A DNA stretch of 51,122 nucleotides, taken from positions 1 to 51,122 of the forward strand of contig QPMI01000433.1 in the NCBI GenBank assembly GCA_004431415.1, in the 5' to 3' direction. The notes below the pieces were generated by a model that did no database searches, was not told the DNA's origin, and worked only from the letters and a program-made list of their open reading frames with translations. The position numbers and the translations under genes are program-made. Source of the stretch: Cyanophora paradoxa CCMP329 (taxonomy: Eukaryota; Plantae; Glaucophyta). Shown one piece after another: positions 12,738 to 23,928 of this stretch. Within the stretch, counting starts at the first letter, position 1. Each line of letters opens with the position of its first letter.

Positions 12738-14464
12738 GATGGACGAGATGAAGGCTACGGGCATCGAGGCCGGCACCGAGGTTCCCCCGCCCCTCCCTCT
12801 CGGTGCGGTCTGACTCGGTGATCATGACGCCCGCGGCAGTGGCGGGAGGAGATCGGCCGCGGGCTCCGAATGGCCAAAGCCGTCGTCTTCGTCGCCTCCC
12901 CGGTGCCTTCGATTTCGGCGCCAGATCTTTCTCCTCGGCGCTTTCTCCGTCTCACGAGCGCCGCCCGCAGCATCTGCGCCTCGGACTGGTGCGCGTGGAC
13001 CCCGCACCCGCGAAAACCCGACTTGAGCTTATGATCACGGCGACCGCAGCATGCTGGAGCTGAGCCGGGCGCTGGACCTCGGGAAGCCGTTGTCCCGCCT
13101 GCGCCTCCGCACTGAGCTGGACCCCGCGCGCGGTCGGCCCCTCTTCCACTTCTCCGAGCCGGCTCGGCGAGCCGACGTATACGTATCCCCCGCAGGGGCT
13201 CCTCCGTGGCCTCGCCATCGCGGACTTCACGACGCGCGACCCGTACCCCTCTCCTTCATCGGCTCTTTGACGCCACGGCGCCCGCGGCGCAGCGACGAGC
13301 TCTTCGAGTCGGGTACAGCTCCTTCCTGGCTGGCCTGAAAGCGCCTCGCGGCCGTCCCTCCGAAGGCGCCCGCGTCCCCACGCGGTGTGATCGGTGCCGC
13401 GCTGATCATGAGCGCTTGCCGGCAGACGGCGGGGGGAGGGCGGAGGGGGCCCTAGGCCTGCTCGCCCACCGAACGCGCGCTGCGACCCGCCGCCGCCCCT
13501 TCTGCTTCGTCTGGAGCAGCCCCGAGGTCCGCCCGCCCGCCGGCCGCCCCGCCCCGCCCCGCGCCGCCCCGCCGCGAGCCGGCCGGCCTGCAGACGCGCC
13601 CCACGCGGCGGCCGCCGCGGCGCGGCGGCGCTGCGCGGCGTCCGCTGCTCGTCGACTGCTCCGTGCGCCCTCGCTCTTTTTCTCGTTCTCGCGCACCCTC
13701 GCGCGCGGCCTCTGATCGAGAGTACGTCTCGCAGGACGGCCCGCGGAGGAGGGGGCTCCCGCGCCCTCGCGCTGCGCCGCTTCGTGCCCCTCCTAGGAGC
13801 CTCGAGCTCCTCCTCCCCCGCCCTGGCCTCCCGCCTCAAGGTGCCCGGCGGCCCGCCCGCCCTTTGATTTCTCTCGTAGAGTCGAGAGTCGAGCCGGCGC
13901 CCGCGGCGCAGGCGGCCGCGCCCACTCCGTACCGTCCGCCCGCTCGTCCTCTCCGGCACGCGGGCGCGTTCCTTCCTCTCGCGTTGGATCTATGTATCTC
14001 CCGTTGCGATCCGAGCCAAACCCGCTGCAGGTGCCTTTCGCGCTGGAGTACACCTCGCGAGGACGCGGGGCTTCCCCCTCGTACCCGCGGCGGCGCGCGG
14101 ACGACGTCGACGTCGACCTGCCGTCCGCCCCTGCAGGCCCCCGATCGCGAGCCCTCCGAACCTGACCGCACTCAGGTTCTCGACGCTCTGCTGGCGGATA
14201 TCGATGCGAGGGGCCCGCGGCCGGACGCCGCGCGGCGGCTGCGCCCGTCTGGCACGATCACTCGCCGTGCCGGGGCGCCCTCCTCTCGCGATCGCGATCG
14301 CGAGGCACTCAGGGCCGCGATCGCGAAGCTCGACGCCGAGCACGCGCGGGTACGAATATAATCCCGAGATTGGGCCTCCCTCCTTTCACCTGCTGATCAT
14401 GACTTCCTCTGGCGCAGTTGAGGCGGAGCTGTGGAGCTCGACCGTGCCGGCGCACGCGGGCTAG
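12738..14464 (+). CDS. Possible multi-exon hypothetical protein
   Basis: Host-like coding segments (e.g. MLELSRALDLGKPLSRLRLRTELDP, QVLDALLADIDARG) alternate with intron-like stretches; no recognisable domain. Confidence 0.3.
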
Positions 14465-15139
14465 CGCTATAGCTACCAGCGCTCCCGCGCCCTGCACGGG
14501 ATGTGCAGCCCTTGGTGCAGCGGCGGACCCAGGCAGCGGCAGCCCGTTCTTCGAGAGCTTGTAGCATGATGTAGTGGCTTCACACCGTACAGGTACGGCG
14601 CAGGAAATAGCGGGGTCTCGAGCTCCATGCGACCTCAATTGCCGTGTATAAATAATGAATAGTTGGCTATAGTTACGTACGTTCCTCAACTGCATGTGTA
14701 CATGTACTCATGATCATGACGTCGACTCGCGATCGCGATCGGCGACTCATGATGCGCTCGAGCTCGCGATATCGGTATCGATATCGATTGACTCAGTGAG
14801 CTCGCGCGCGCCGGAACAAAGAACCGGAACAGGCCCTAGCTAGCTATAGGCCGTAGGTCTGAAGGCAGGGAGCGGCTACATCCAGCACAGCTAGCGGGAG
14901 CCGGAGCGGAGACGGTCCCCGCGAGGCGCACGTACTTCTCCAGGTCCCGTAGATCTGAGGGAGGCGTGGGCGAGGCGGAAAGCTTAAGGTGCGGGGCGGG
15001 GCAGGGCAGGAGGCTGGTAGGGGCCGGGGAGCTCGCGGGGCGCACGCGCGGGGCCAGCGATCTAGATAGAGGTCCAGGCCCGACTAGGCAGATCGAGGCC
15101 GGGAGCGGGGCAGCTGCAGGACAGGGCAGGGCAGGAGGC

Positions 15140-15640
15140 CTAGGCTGGAAGGCCGCGCGCACGCGCGGGGGCCAGCGGCGGACGGTCCGCAGGGGGGGGG
15201 GGGGGGGGGGGGGGATATTAGATAGAGGGCAGGCCCGACTAGGCTAGAAGGCAGGCCCGACTAGGCGGATCGGGCGAGGGGAAAGGAGAGGGGCAGCTGC
15301 AGGGCCTGCGGGGGCTGGAAAGGGCAGGACCGGGCGGGGCAGCTGCAGGGCAGGGCAGGGCAGGGCGCCTAGCTGGAAGGGGCGCGCGCACGCGCGGGGG
15401 CCAGCGGCGCGACGGTCCGCAGGGGGGGGGGGGGGGGGGGATATTTAGATAGAGGGCCAGGCCGACTAGGCTAGCAAGGCCAGGCCGACTAGGCGGATCG
15501 GGCGAGGGGAAAGGAGAGGGGCAGCTGCAGGGCCTGCGGGGGCTGGAAGGGCAGGACCGGGCGGGGCAGCTGCAGGGCAGGGCAGGGCAGGGCGCCTAGG
15601 CTGGAAGGGGCGCGCGCACGCGCGGGGGCCAGCGGCGGAC
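15140..15640. repeat. ~230-bp tandem duplication including the last codons of the TPR gene
   Basis: gcgcacgcgcgggggccagcggcg and ggcggatcgggcgagggg..ggagaggggcagctgcagggcctgcggggg recur with ~230 bp period; partial copy near 15040. Confidence 0.75.
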
Positions 15641-17329
15641 AGTGCGGAGCCAGTCGAGGTCGGCGTAGCGCGGGTCGGTGCTCAGCGCCGCCTCCCACTG
15701 GCGATCCGCCTCGTCCAGCTGCCCCGAGGCCGCCAGCCCCGCCGCCAGCGCCGCGCTCATGTCCGCGAAGCCCTAAGTCCGGATCAAATCCGGATCGAAT
15801 CCGGATCAAATCCGGATCAAATCTGGAAGCTCGCCTGGTATTTCGCGGTGAGGCCGCGGAAGATGCCGACCGCCTCGCCCGTCCTGCCCGTCTCGTAGAG
15901 CGCAAGCGCGTAGTTCGCCCGCGCGAAGACAAAGTCCTTGTAGGAGACGTTTAGATTTAGATCAGTTAGTTAGATTAGTAGCTGTAGGCTGCCGACCTTG
16001 GCGATCTTGGTGCCCGCTCGTAGTCCGAGAGTGCCTTCTCCCAGCGCCGAGGCCGGCGTTCGCGTTGCCCGGTTGTTCCACGCCTGCAGAGGAAGAAGAA
16101 GAAGACGAGTCAGATAGGAGGGGGGGGGGCAGAGGGGGAGAGGGGAGAGGGTGTGTGGAGGAGTGAGAGAGAGGCGGGTTGGGGGGGGGGGGGGGGGGGG
16201 GACAGGAGAGGGTGGATGGAGAGGGGGGGAGGGAGGGAAGGGGAGGGGAGAGGGAGAGGGTATGGCGGGGGAGAGGAGAGGCCTAGGGTAGGGTGGTGGG
16301 GCGGGGGCGCACGACGGGTCGTTCGAGTCCATTGAAAGAACCTGCGCGGTGCGGGGGTAGATTTAACGAGCCGTTCAAGGGGGGGGAGGGAAGGGGGTAC
16401 GGGCCTTGTCGTAGCTTTTGATCGCCTGCGCACGCGGAACCCGGGTTGTCAACCGTGCAAACGAAACGCGCGGTTGTACCCCCATCCAGGAGACAAGGTA
16501 GGGCCGGGGTGGAAGAAAGGGGGGGGGGACGGGGGGGTAGCACCTCCTCGAAGCGGCCGAGTCCCTCGAGGGCAACGCCGCGGTTGAGGTAAGGATCGAT
16601 GGCTCCGGGCTCCAGCTCGATGCTTGCTGTAGTCGGCCAGCGCCAGCTCGAGCTTGTTCTGCGACGTCCGCGCGTTCCCGCGGTTGCTGTAGCCCTCCGC
16701 CCGGTCCGGCACCATCCCGATGATCTCCGTCCACACCTCTGCCGCGCCGCATCATCAGAGGGCTGCGCCCGCCGCCCGCGAGAGAGAGAGCGTGCGCACT
16801 CTCAGCCTCCTCGAAGTTCCCGACGTTCGTCAGGCTGCGGGCCGACACTTCAGAGAGTGCGGCATGCAATTGAATGAAGAACGCACTCGAACGCGCGTCG
16901 AAAAGCTTGCGCAGCTGCGGCAGAGAGTGGGAGCGCGTGCACGTGAGGCGTGGGGCGTGGCTGCGGCGCCCTGGCGCGGCGCACCTTAAGCAGGTCGTCA
17001 ACGGACAAGTTCAAGGGAGAGTTGGATCGACGGGCCCCGACACCGCGGGGGTGCGCTTGCGGCGGCGAGTGCGGGGGCGGACGTCGCCAGAGGCGCCGCG
17101 GCCAAAGCAGCAGCGGCCAGAGCAGCGGCCAGACCTTGTCGTAGAGATGAAGCTACCGCATACTTCTATCCGACCCGGCGGCGCTCGTGCTGGCTCGCCG
17201 GAGCACGTGGCGCCCTCGCTGCGTGCTGGGCGGGACGGGGAAGCCGCGGGAGCGGGCAGATCGTCCCTCTCCATCCAACGCTTGCCTCTGCACGGGCGTG
17301 GCGAGTGCGCTTGCTGCGAAGCTGGCCAT
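15596..17329 (-). CDS. TPR-repeat protein of the cyanobacterial/plastid type, with putative transit peptide
   Basis: Exons encode WTEIIGMVPDRAEGYSNRGNARTSQNKLELALADY, PYLNRGVALEGLGRFEE, AWNNR, FARANYALALYETG, FADMSAALAA, DPRYADLDWLRTVRRWPP. N-terminus MASFAASALAT. Confidence 0.75.
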
Positions 17330-17398
17330 GACGCGGTGCTGGTCAACTAAGTGTGCCACTACCCCCGCGACCAGCTTGCTGCTTGCTTGCCACGCTTC

Positions 17399-18727
17399 AT
17401 GCAAGCATTCGCTGCGGCCGCGGCACTCGCATACGCGCGCACGCCAGCCAGACTGACGCCGCGACCAGCCGCATCCGTCCGCGCGCCGCCGCTCTCCTTC
17501 GTCCGCCGTCCACACCGGCGCCCTCTCCCGCCCGTCGGCGAGCTTCTTCGGACAGCAGCCGCGATACGCATTCGCATCGCGCGGACGTCAGCTACCCAGC
17601 GCACCGTTACCATGGGTCCGGCAGCGGAGCGCCGATCAAGTACCTCTCGCAGACGGAGGCCCAGAAGATCGATGAGGAGCTCATGGGCCCTCTTGGTTTC
17701 TCTGTCGATCAGCTGATGGAGCTCGTGCGTTCCGCCCCCGGCGCTGTTCGCATACGCGTCGCTTACAAGCGCCGCCGCTCGCACGTCGGGATGTTGGCGC
17801 AGGCCGGCCAAGCGTGCGCCCTCTCGGTCGCGCGCGCCTACCCTTTGGAGAAGCACCCTCGCGTGCTCGTGATATGCGGGTTCGTCGGGCGACTCGCCGG
17901 GCTGTCGCGGGCGCCGACGACGCGTGCCTGCGGCAGGCCTGGTAACAACGGTGGGGACGGCCTGGTGGCCGCGCGGCACCTGGCGCACTTCGGATACAAG
18001 CCGTGCGATTCTCGCTTCTCTGTCTGCGTTCCGCTCCGCGCGGCCGACGCCGACGGCAGGGCGATCGTGTACCCGAAACGGACGGCGAAGCCGCTGTACG
18101 CGAACCTCGTCGTCACGTGCGAGTCGCTGGGCATACCCGTCCTCGACGCCCTCCCCGCTGACTTCGAGGCCGCATTTGACGTGCGCCCGCGCCCGCCCCG
18201 GCCCGCGACCGTAGGCTAGGCCCCCTCACGACCAGCCGCCCCTGGGTACAGGTCGTGGTGGACGCGATCTTCGGATTCAGCTTCATGAGCGGGGGCGTGC
18301 GGCCGCCCTTCGACGCCATCCTCGCCGCCCTCGCCCGCACCAAGCTCCCCGTCGCCTCCATCGACGTACCCTCCGTCCGCCCCCTGCCCCGCCCCCTCCG
18401 TTCCCCCTCCCCCCTCTCATGTTTCGCCCCTCCTGACTGTCCGCGGGACATGCAGGGATGGGACCTCGAGAAGGGTGTGTACCCCCCGCGCAGCTAGAGC
18501 CAGCCCCTGCTAAGGTTAAACTCACCGACGCGGGCGTGCAGGACCGACGGGCCCGGACGCGATCCGGCCGGACGTGCTGATCAGCCTGACGGCCCCGAAG
18601 GCCTGCTCCCGCCACTTCGCGGGCGCCTCCACTTCCTCGGGGGCCGCTTCGTGCCCCCCGCCATCGCCCAGAAGTACCAGCTCGCGCTGCCCCGTACCCA
18701 GGCCTCGACTACATCCTCCAGCTCTAG
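17399..18727 (+). CDS. NAXE: NAD(P)H-hydrate epimerase (YjeF N-terminal domain)
   Basis: [90 protein letters not shown] across GT-AG introns. Confidence 0.92.
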
Positions 18728-18835
18728 CCGCCCGGCCGCCCCGCCGCCCGCCCCCGCCCCCACTCCCGCTGTGGTTGCTCGCCGAGCATGTCAAGTATCT
18801 GCATGGCGCACACGGTCCCTCCCTCCGCCGCCGTC

Positions 18836-19972
18836 CTACATCATGAAGCCGAAATCGAGGTTCTTCTCGCCGTAGCCGAAGTAGACGTGCCCGAAGTTGC
18901 GCGTGCCGGCCATGTGGTAGAACAGGAAGCCCGGCCACAGGAAGTTGCGCAGCGTCGCACCTGCGTCAGCGGCTCGAACTGCACCGACCAGCAGCCTGCG
19001 GGCCCTCGTCAGCGGGGCGGCGGCGGGCGGGCGCGAAGCGAGGGCGCGCGGGCGCACCCTTCGGGACGTCCTTGGAGATGGGGGGGAAGAAGTCCTTGTC
19101 GAAGGAGGGCTTCTCTTCGATGTCCTCCACCTGGGTGAAGTGCCCGTAGTTCGCCATGTTCTGCGACCCGCCGATGCTGAGGCCTGCGGCCCCCGCTCAG
19201 CGCCCCGAGCCCCGCGAAAAGGAAAGGAGCGGAGCGCCGGTCGTGCGCACCCTCGAACTTCTTGTTGAAGGCGGCGTAGTGCGTCACGCTCAGCGCGATG
19301 GCGCCCCGGGGCACTATCGAGCACTCCAGATCGATTTGCTCCACCAGCGTCGCTAGCCGCTGCTCCTCCGTGATCTTGTACTCGCCGGGCGCGAGCTCCC
19401 CCTCGACGGGCTCCGCCGGCGGCTCCGGCTCCGCGGCTTCCTCCTTCGGCTCCGCGCCCTCTTCCTCCTCCGGCTCCGGAGCTAAGGGGCGGCCGCACGT
19501 CAGCGGCAGCGGCGGCTCCGGCGGGGAAGGCGGCGCACGGGGCGGCGGCGGCGGGTCCTTCCCCATGTACTCGAAGAGCGGGTCCCCGCAGAAGAGATTT
19601 GTCAGCTGCTCAACGCGATCCTTCGTTACTTGGTCCACCGCAGGCAGCGGCTTGAAGGACATGCCGCCGTTCGCACTGCAGACGGTCAGCCTCGGCGTCC
19701 TTCTCGGCGCAGGGCAGCGCGGCGTGCTAACCTGTAAAAGCTCGTGCGGACATTCTTGTCCTGCAACCGCAGAATCTTCGGAAAGCCTTGCGCCACGATG
19801 TAGTCCACAGGGCCGGTGGTCATCACTTTGCCCCAGAAGTGCACTCTGTCGAAGTTGTGCTCCAGCTTCAGCAGCATGAGAGAGGACTCCAGGGTTGCCC
19901 GCTCATGGTCTGTGAGCGTGTAGCCGTAGGCTGCTATGTGTGGAGGTTCAGGAGCAAATCCTCGGACTCCAT
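18836..19972 (-). CDS. RSPH9: Radial spoke head protein 9
   Basis: VHFWGKV..DYIVAQG, FCGDPLFEY, ITEEQRLATLVEQID..IVPRGA, ISKDVPKG-CWS, LRNFLWPGFLFYH, YFGYGEKNLDFGFMM-stop. Confidence 0.88.
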
Positions 19973-20364
19973 CCCTAGCTACGCGCGTCCTGACGCGCCG
20001 CCGCGGTGTTCTGTCGCTCTATCTATCGCCTCCGAGCTCGCCGCTGTGCTGCTTCGCCTGTTTTCGTCGCCTGCAAAAGGTGCAATTCTTGTCGCAATGC
20101 GGTAGCCCCCTCAAGCCGGCGACTCGCGGCGAGTCGGCGGCGACTTGGCGGCCAGCTCATCGCACGCAGGCTTCCTGCTCGCTGCGCGGTTTCTTGAACC
20201 GCTCCAAGCTCTCCGGAAGCTTTCGGGGCCGACGCTCGACACGCGGTCGCCGCGGCCACAGCTTTACAGCCTTGACTTAGCTAGGGCAGCCCGTGGCGCG
20301 CACTTGGCGGAGCTGGAGGTCTGCGGTCGCTCTAGTAGCTATCCGGGCGGCGCGACGAAGGAGG

Positions 20365-22439
20365 ATGTCGGTGAGAACCTAGCGCTGCTCGGGTCGCGCC
20401 TCCGCCGAGCCGCAGTGCGCAGCGCCTCAGGCTCGGGACGAGGACTCAGACTTGACGGACGAAGAGTGGGATGAGGCGCGTTCCACCGCAGCATCTTGCT
20501 CGAAGCTGGAGGCTGAACGCGCCGCAGGACGTCGAGTTCAAGACGGACGACAGCGCGGACACGACGGGGATGCGAGTGTACATACGGAAGTGCGAGGAGT
20601 TCAAGATCGTCCCCGTCAGCCAGCTCGTGGAGCGGATCGAGGAGGACTGTGCGCGCCGCTGCTCTCCTCTCTTTCCTGCCATGCCCCCGCGCGCTGACGC
20701 GACGGCAGACATCGACCTGCACCACTACGGACTTGGCGAGAAGGGCGGGCGGGCGGTAGCCGAGTGCCTCAAGGTGCGCGCTCGCGCCGAGCGCTCCGAC
20801 TCGGGGCGCGCGGCGTCGGCGCGGGCCCGGCTTGCGCGACGCGGCCGCGCAGGTGAACAAGACCATCAAGGGGATCAACCTCGGGGACAACAACATCGTG
20901 CGGCCCCGGTTGCGGCGCCCAGCGGGCGTCTACCGCGCTCGCCGCTTGCGGTCCGAGCCGGGGCGGGGGGGCCGCAGGGGACGAGGGCGGGCTGGCGCTG
21001 GCGCAGGCCCTGGGCCAGAACGCGGCGCTGACGCAGCGGACCTCAGCGAGAACCGCTTTGCGTCGCGCTTCTCGTGGGCGATGGGCGAGACGCTGGCGAG
21101 CCACACGTGCGCCCTCGTCGAGCTCTGCCTGCGCGGCAACCGCCTCGGCGACAAGGACATCGGCATGCTCTGCTCCGCCCTCGTGGCGTGCCCGGCCGTC
21201 CTTCCCCGCCCCGTCCCACCGCTCCGCCGCGCTCCTCTGAAGCCCCCCCGCGCAGAAGAACAACGTGCTGCTGAAGCTGGACATCTCGCACAATTCTCTC
21301 GGCGAACGGTGCGCGTTTCGCGTACCCCTCCGCCCGCGCCGCCGTCGCCGCCCTCCTCACGCCCTGCAGCGGGGCGAGGCGGTGGGGAGATGCTGGGCGG
21401 CAACTCGACGCTCACGGACGTCGACGTCTCGTGGAACCAGATCGTCCGCCGCGGCGCCGTCGCCCTCGCGAACGTGCGCCTCCGTCCGGCCCTCCATCCC
21501 TCGCTTCTTCTTACTACGCCCCGCAGGTGCTGAAGGTCAACTCGGCCCTCACACGCTTCCGCATGGTGCGTGCGGGCGGGCGCCCCGCGCGCCCCGCTCG
21601 GCCCCGCCCCTCGCCTCTGACCCCCCGCCCGCAGGGCTGGAACTCGCTGGGGGACCCCGGGGCGGCGGTGCTGGGGGAGGCCCTGGGCATGAACCAGAGC
21701 CTGAAGCTCCTCGACATCTCCCACAACCGCATCGGCGCCGAGGGCATCCGCATGATCTCCACCGTGCCCGCCCTCTCCACGCCACGCCACGCCTGATGAG
21801 GGCCTGACTCTCGCGCTGCAGGGCCTGATGAGCAACAGCACGCTGCTGGTGCTGCACGCGCAGCACAACCTGATCAAGGACTCCGGGTCGCGCCCGCTGG
21901 CGGAGGCGATCTACGGGGTGACGTCCTGCCTCACCGACGTCGACTTCCGCTCCTGCGAGATGCCCCCCGAGATCGTGCGCCCGCCCCGCCCCTATAGCTA
22001 GAGCAGAGCACGGCTAGAGCACGGCGAGGGCTCGGCGAGCGGGCCCGCCGGCCAGCGCCCTCTAGCTATAGCCCTAGCTAGAGTACTAGAGCCCTAGCTT
22101 AGAGTATGGACAGGGCTCGGCTCGTGCGCCCGCCGTCCCGGCCCGCCCCGCGCCCGGGCCCGCGCCCGCTGCTCTACGGCTTTTTCTGAGCCGGGGCCGG
22201 GGCCGGGGCCGGGGGCGCGGTAGGAGCGGGAGATCATGCTGACTGTGATGGAGCGCCGCCGGCGCTACCTCGACGACCTCGAAGCGGTACCCCCCCCCCC
22301 CCCCCCGCCTTCTATCCGATCCAATTCATCTCTGAGGCACGCTCCGGCCCGCGCTTGTTTGCAGGAGCAAGCGGCGCGGGACGACCTGGACCGGCGGCGC
22401 GAGGCGGCGGAGCGGGAGCAGGCCCGCGCCCGCTCCTGA
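20365..22439 (+). CDS. RNI-like leucine-rich repeat protein (LRRC74-like)
   Basis: YIRKCEEFKIVPVS, IDLHHYGLGEKGGRAVAECLK-VNKTIKGINLGDNNI, LVELCLRGNRLGD, NSTLTDVDVSWNQI, WNSLGDPGAAVLGEALGMNQSLKLLDISHNRIG. Confidence 0.75.
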
Positions 22440-22619
22440 GGGCAGGGCCGGCCTCCCCTCCGCGCAGAGCAGCAGGATATCGATGCACCTACTATCGTTA
22501 ATTAAACCTATGCAACTACTACTACAATATGCGCCGCTATCTGTAAAGCATCATCACGTGTACCTCCTGTCCTAGATCTCACTAACGCTCTCGAGCTCCC
22601 GCCTACGCGGATGCGGGCT

Positions 22620-23642
22620 GGGCCTCAGCCTCCTGGGCGGGGCCCGCCTGCGCGGCCTCCTCGGCTTGGCGCCGGCCGGGCCGTCCGTCTCCATCGCCTC
22701 GCCTCGCTCGAGGCACCCTCGCCGCCCACCTCCTCGCCCGCCGCCGCCTCCGCCGCCGCCTCGCCGCTCGCCTTCCGTCGATGTCCTGCCCAAGCGAAGC
22801 CAACCCGTCAGCATGCAAGGCGGGGCCGAAGGCCTGGCCGGCAGGCGCACGGGGAGCTTCTCGTCGTCGGAGTCATCGCTGAAGTTGTCGCCGCCGAAGT
22901 CGCCGCCGCCGAAGTCGCCCCGCCGAAGTCGAAGTCGTTGTCGTACGCCCGCTCGACGCTGCGCGCGCGCTCGGGTCAGCGACGCCTAACCGCGCGCGCC
23001 CGCGCGCAGATTCGATTCGGAAGGTTCGAGATTCGGCGCACCGCGGGTGTCGTCGAACTTCCAGTCGTCCTCCTCGATCCAGAGGTCCCAGTCGCACTTC
23101 ACGAACGGCTTCTTCTCCTTCAGCAGCCGCGGCCACGCCCCGTGCGTCTTCTTCGGCACTGCGCCCCGGGATCAAATTCGACCGAAGGTTCGCGAAGGAC
23201 GGCGAACTCACCCGTGAGACGCCACCGGCCGGCGATAACGCTCCATTTGGCCTCCTCAGCGACGACCTGCAGAGCGCGGAGGCGGAGGTGAGAAGAGGGC
23301 GGCGGCCCGGCGCGCGCGTACGTACGCGCGCGAGCGCGCCGGCCAGCGCACCTCGTCGTGCAGCTGGCACTCGACGGCGTAGGACTTGCCGTTGGACGAG
23401 CCGGCGAACTTGAACGTGCCGTCGGCCGCGACGCTCTTCCCGTCCTCTGCGATGACCGGCTCCTTCACGTCGACTGTGACGTAGAGCGCTTCTTGCGCTG
23501 AGCCCAGAGAAGGGTCGGACGATGGACGAGCTGCGCGACCGCGGCAGGGGTCAGCGCGGCCCTCGCAACACGGGCGCGCGGGCCCGCGCGGCGCGCTGGC
23601 AGGCCGCGCGGCCTGTTAGCGGCTCGCGCCGGCTCACCTCAT
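22620..23642 (-). CDS. p23-like (CS domain) HSP90 co-chaperone
   Basis: LYVTVDV..FKFAG..GKSYAVECQLHDE, WPRLLKEKKPFVKCDWDLWIEEDD, followed by an acidic/Gly-rich tail; 3' end approximate. Confidence 0.7.
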
Positions 23643-23928
23643 TTGATTGAAGTGTGCCGCTTGATGAGCGCGAGAGAATGGACCGGAAGGCGTGGCCCAG
23701 GCGACTAAATTGGCGAAGAAACTTTCTGGAAGCGCTTCTGCCGGGTACACGCAATGATGAAGGGGTGCAAGTTACGTCTGGGTACATAGTCACGCAACGA
23801 AACAAAATAGTCGACGGCCCAAAGCGCCCGGAGGCGAGCAGCACGCGACCAGCGAAGCTCTTTGAAGACCAGGAGCACAACGCACAATCGGCAGCCCGCA
23901 GCCACGCGCGGGCGGCTACACGGCAGGC

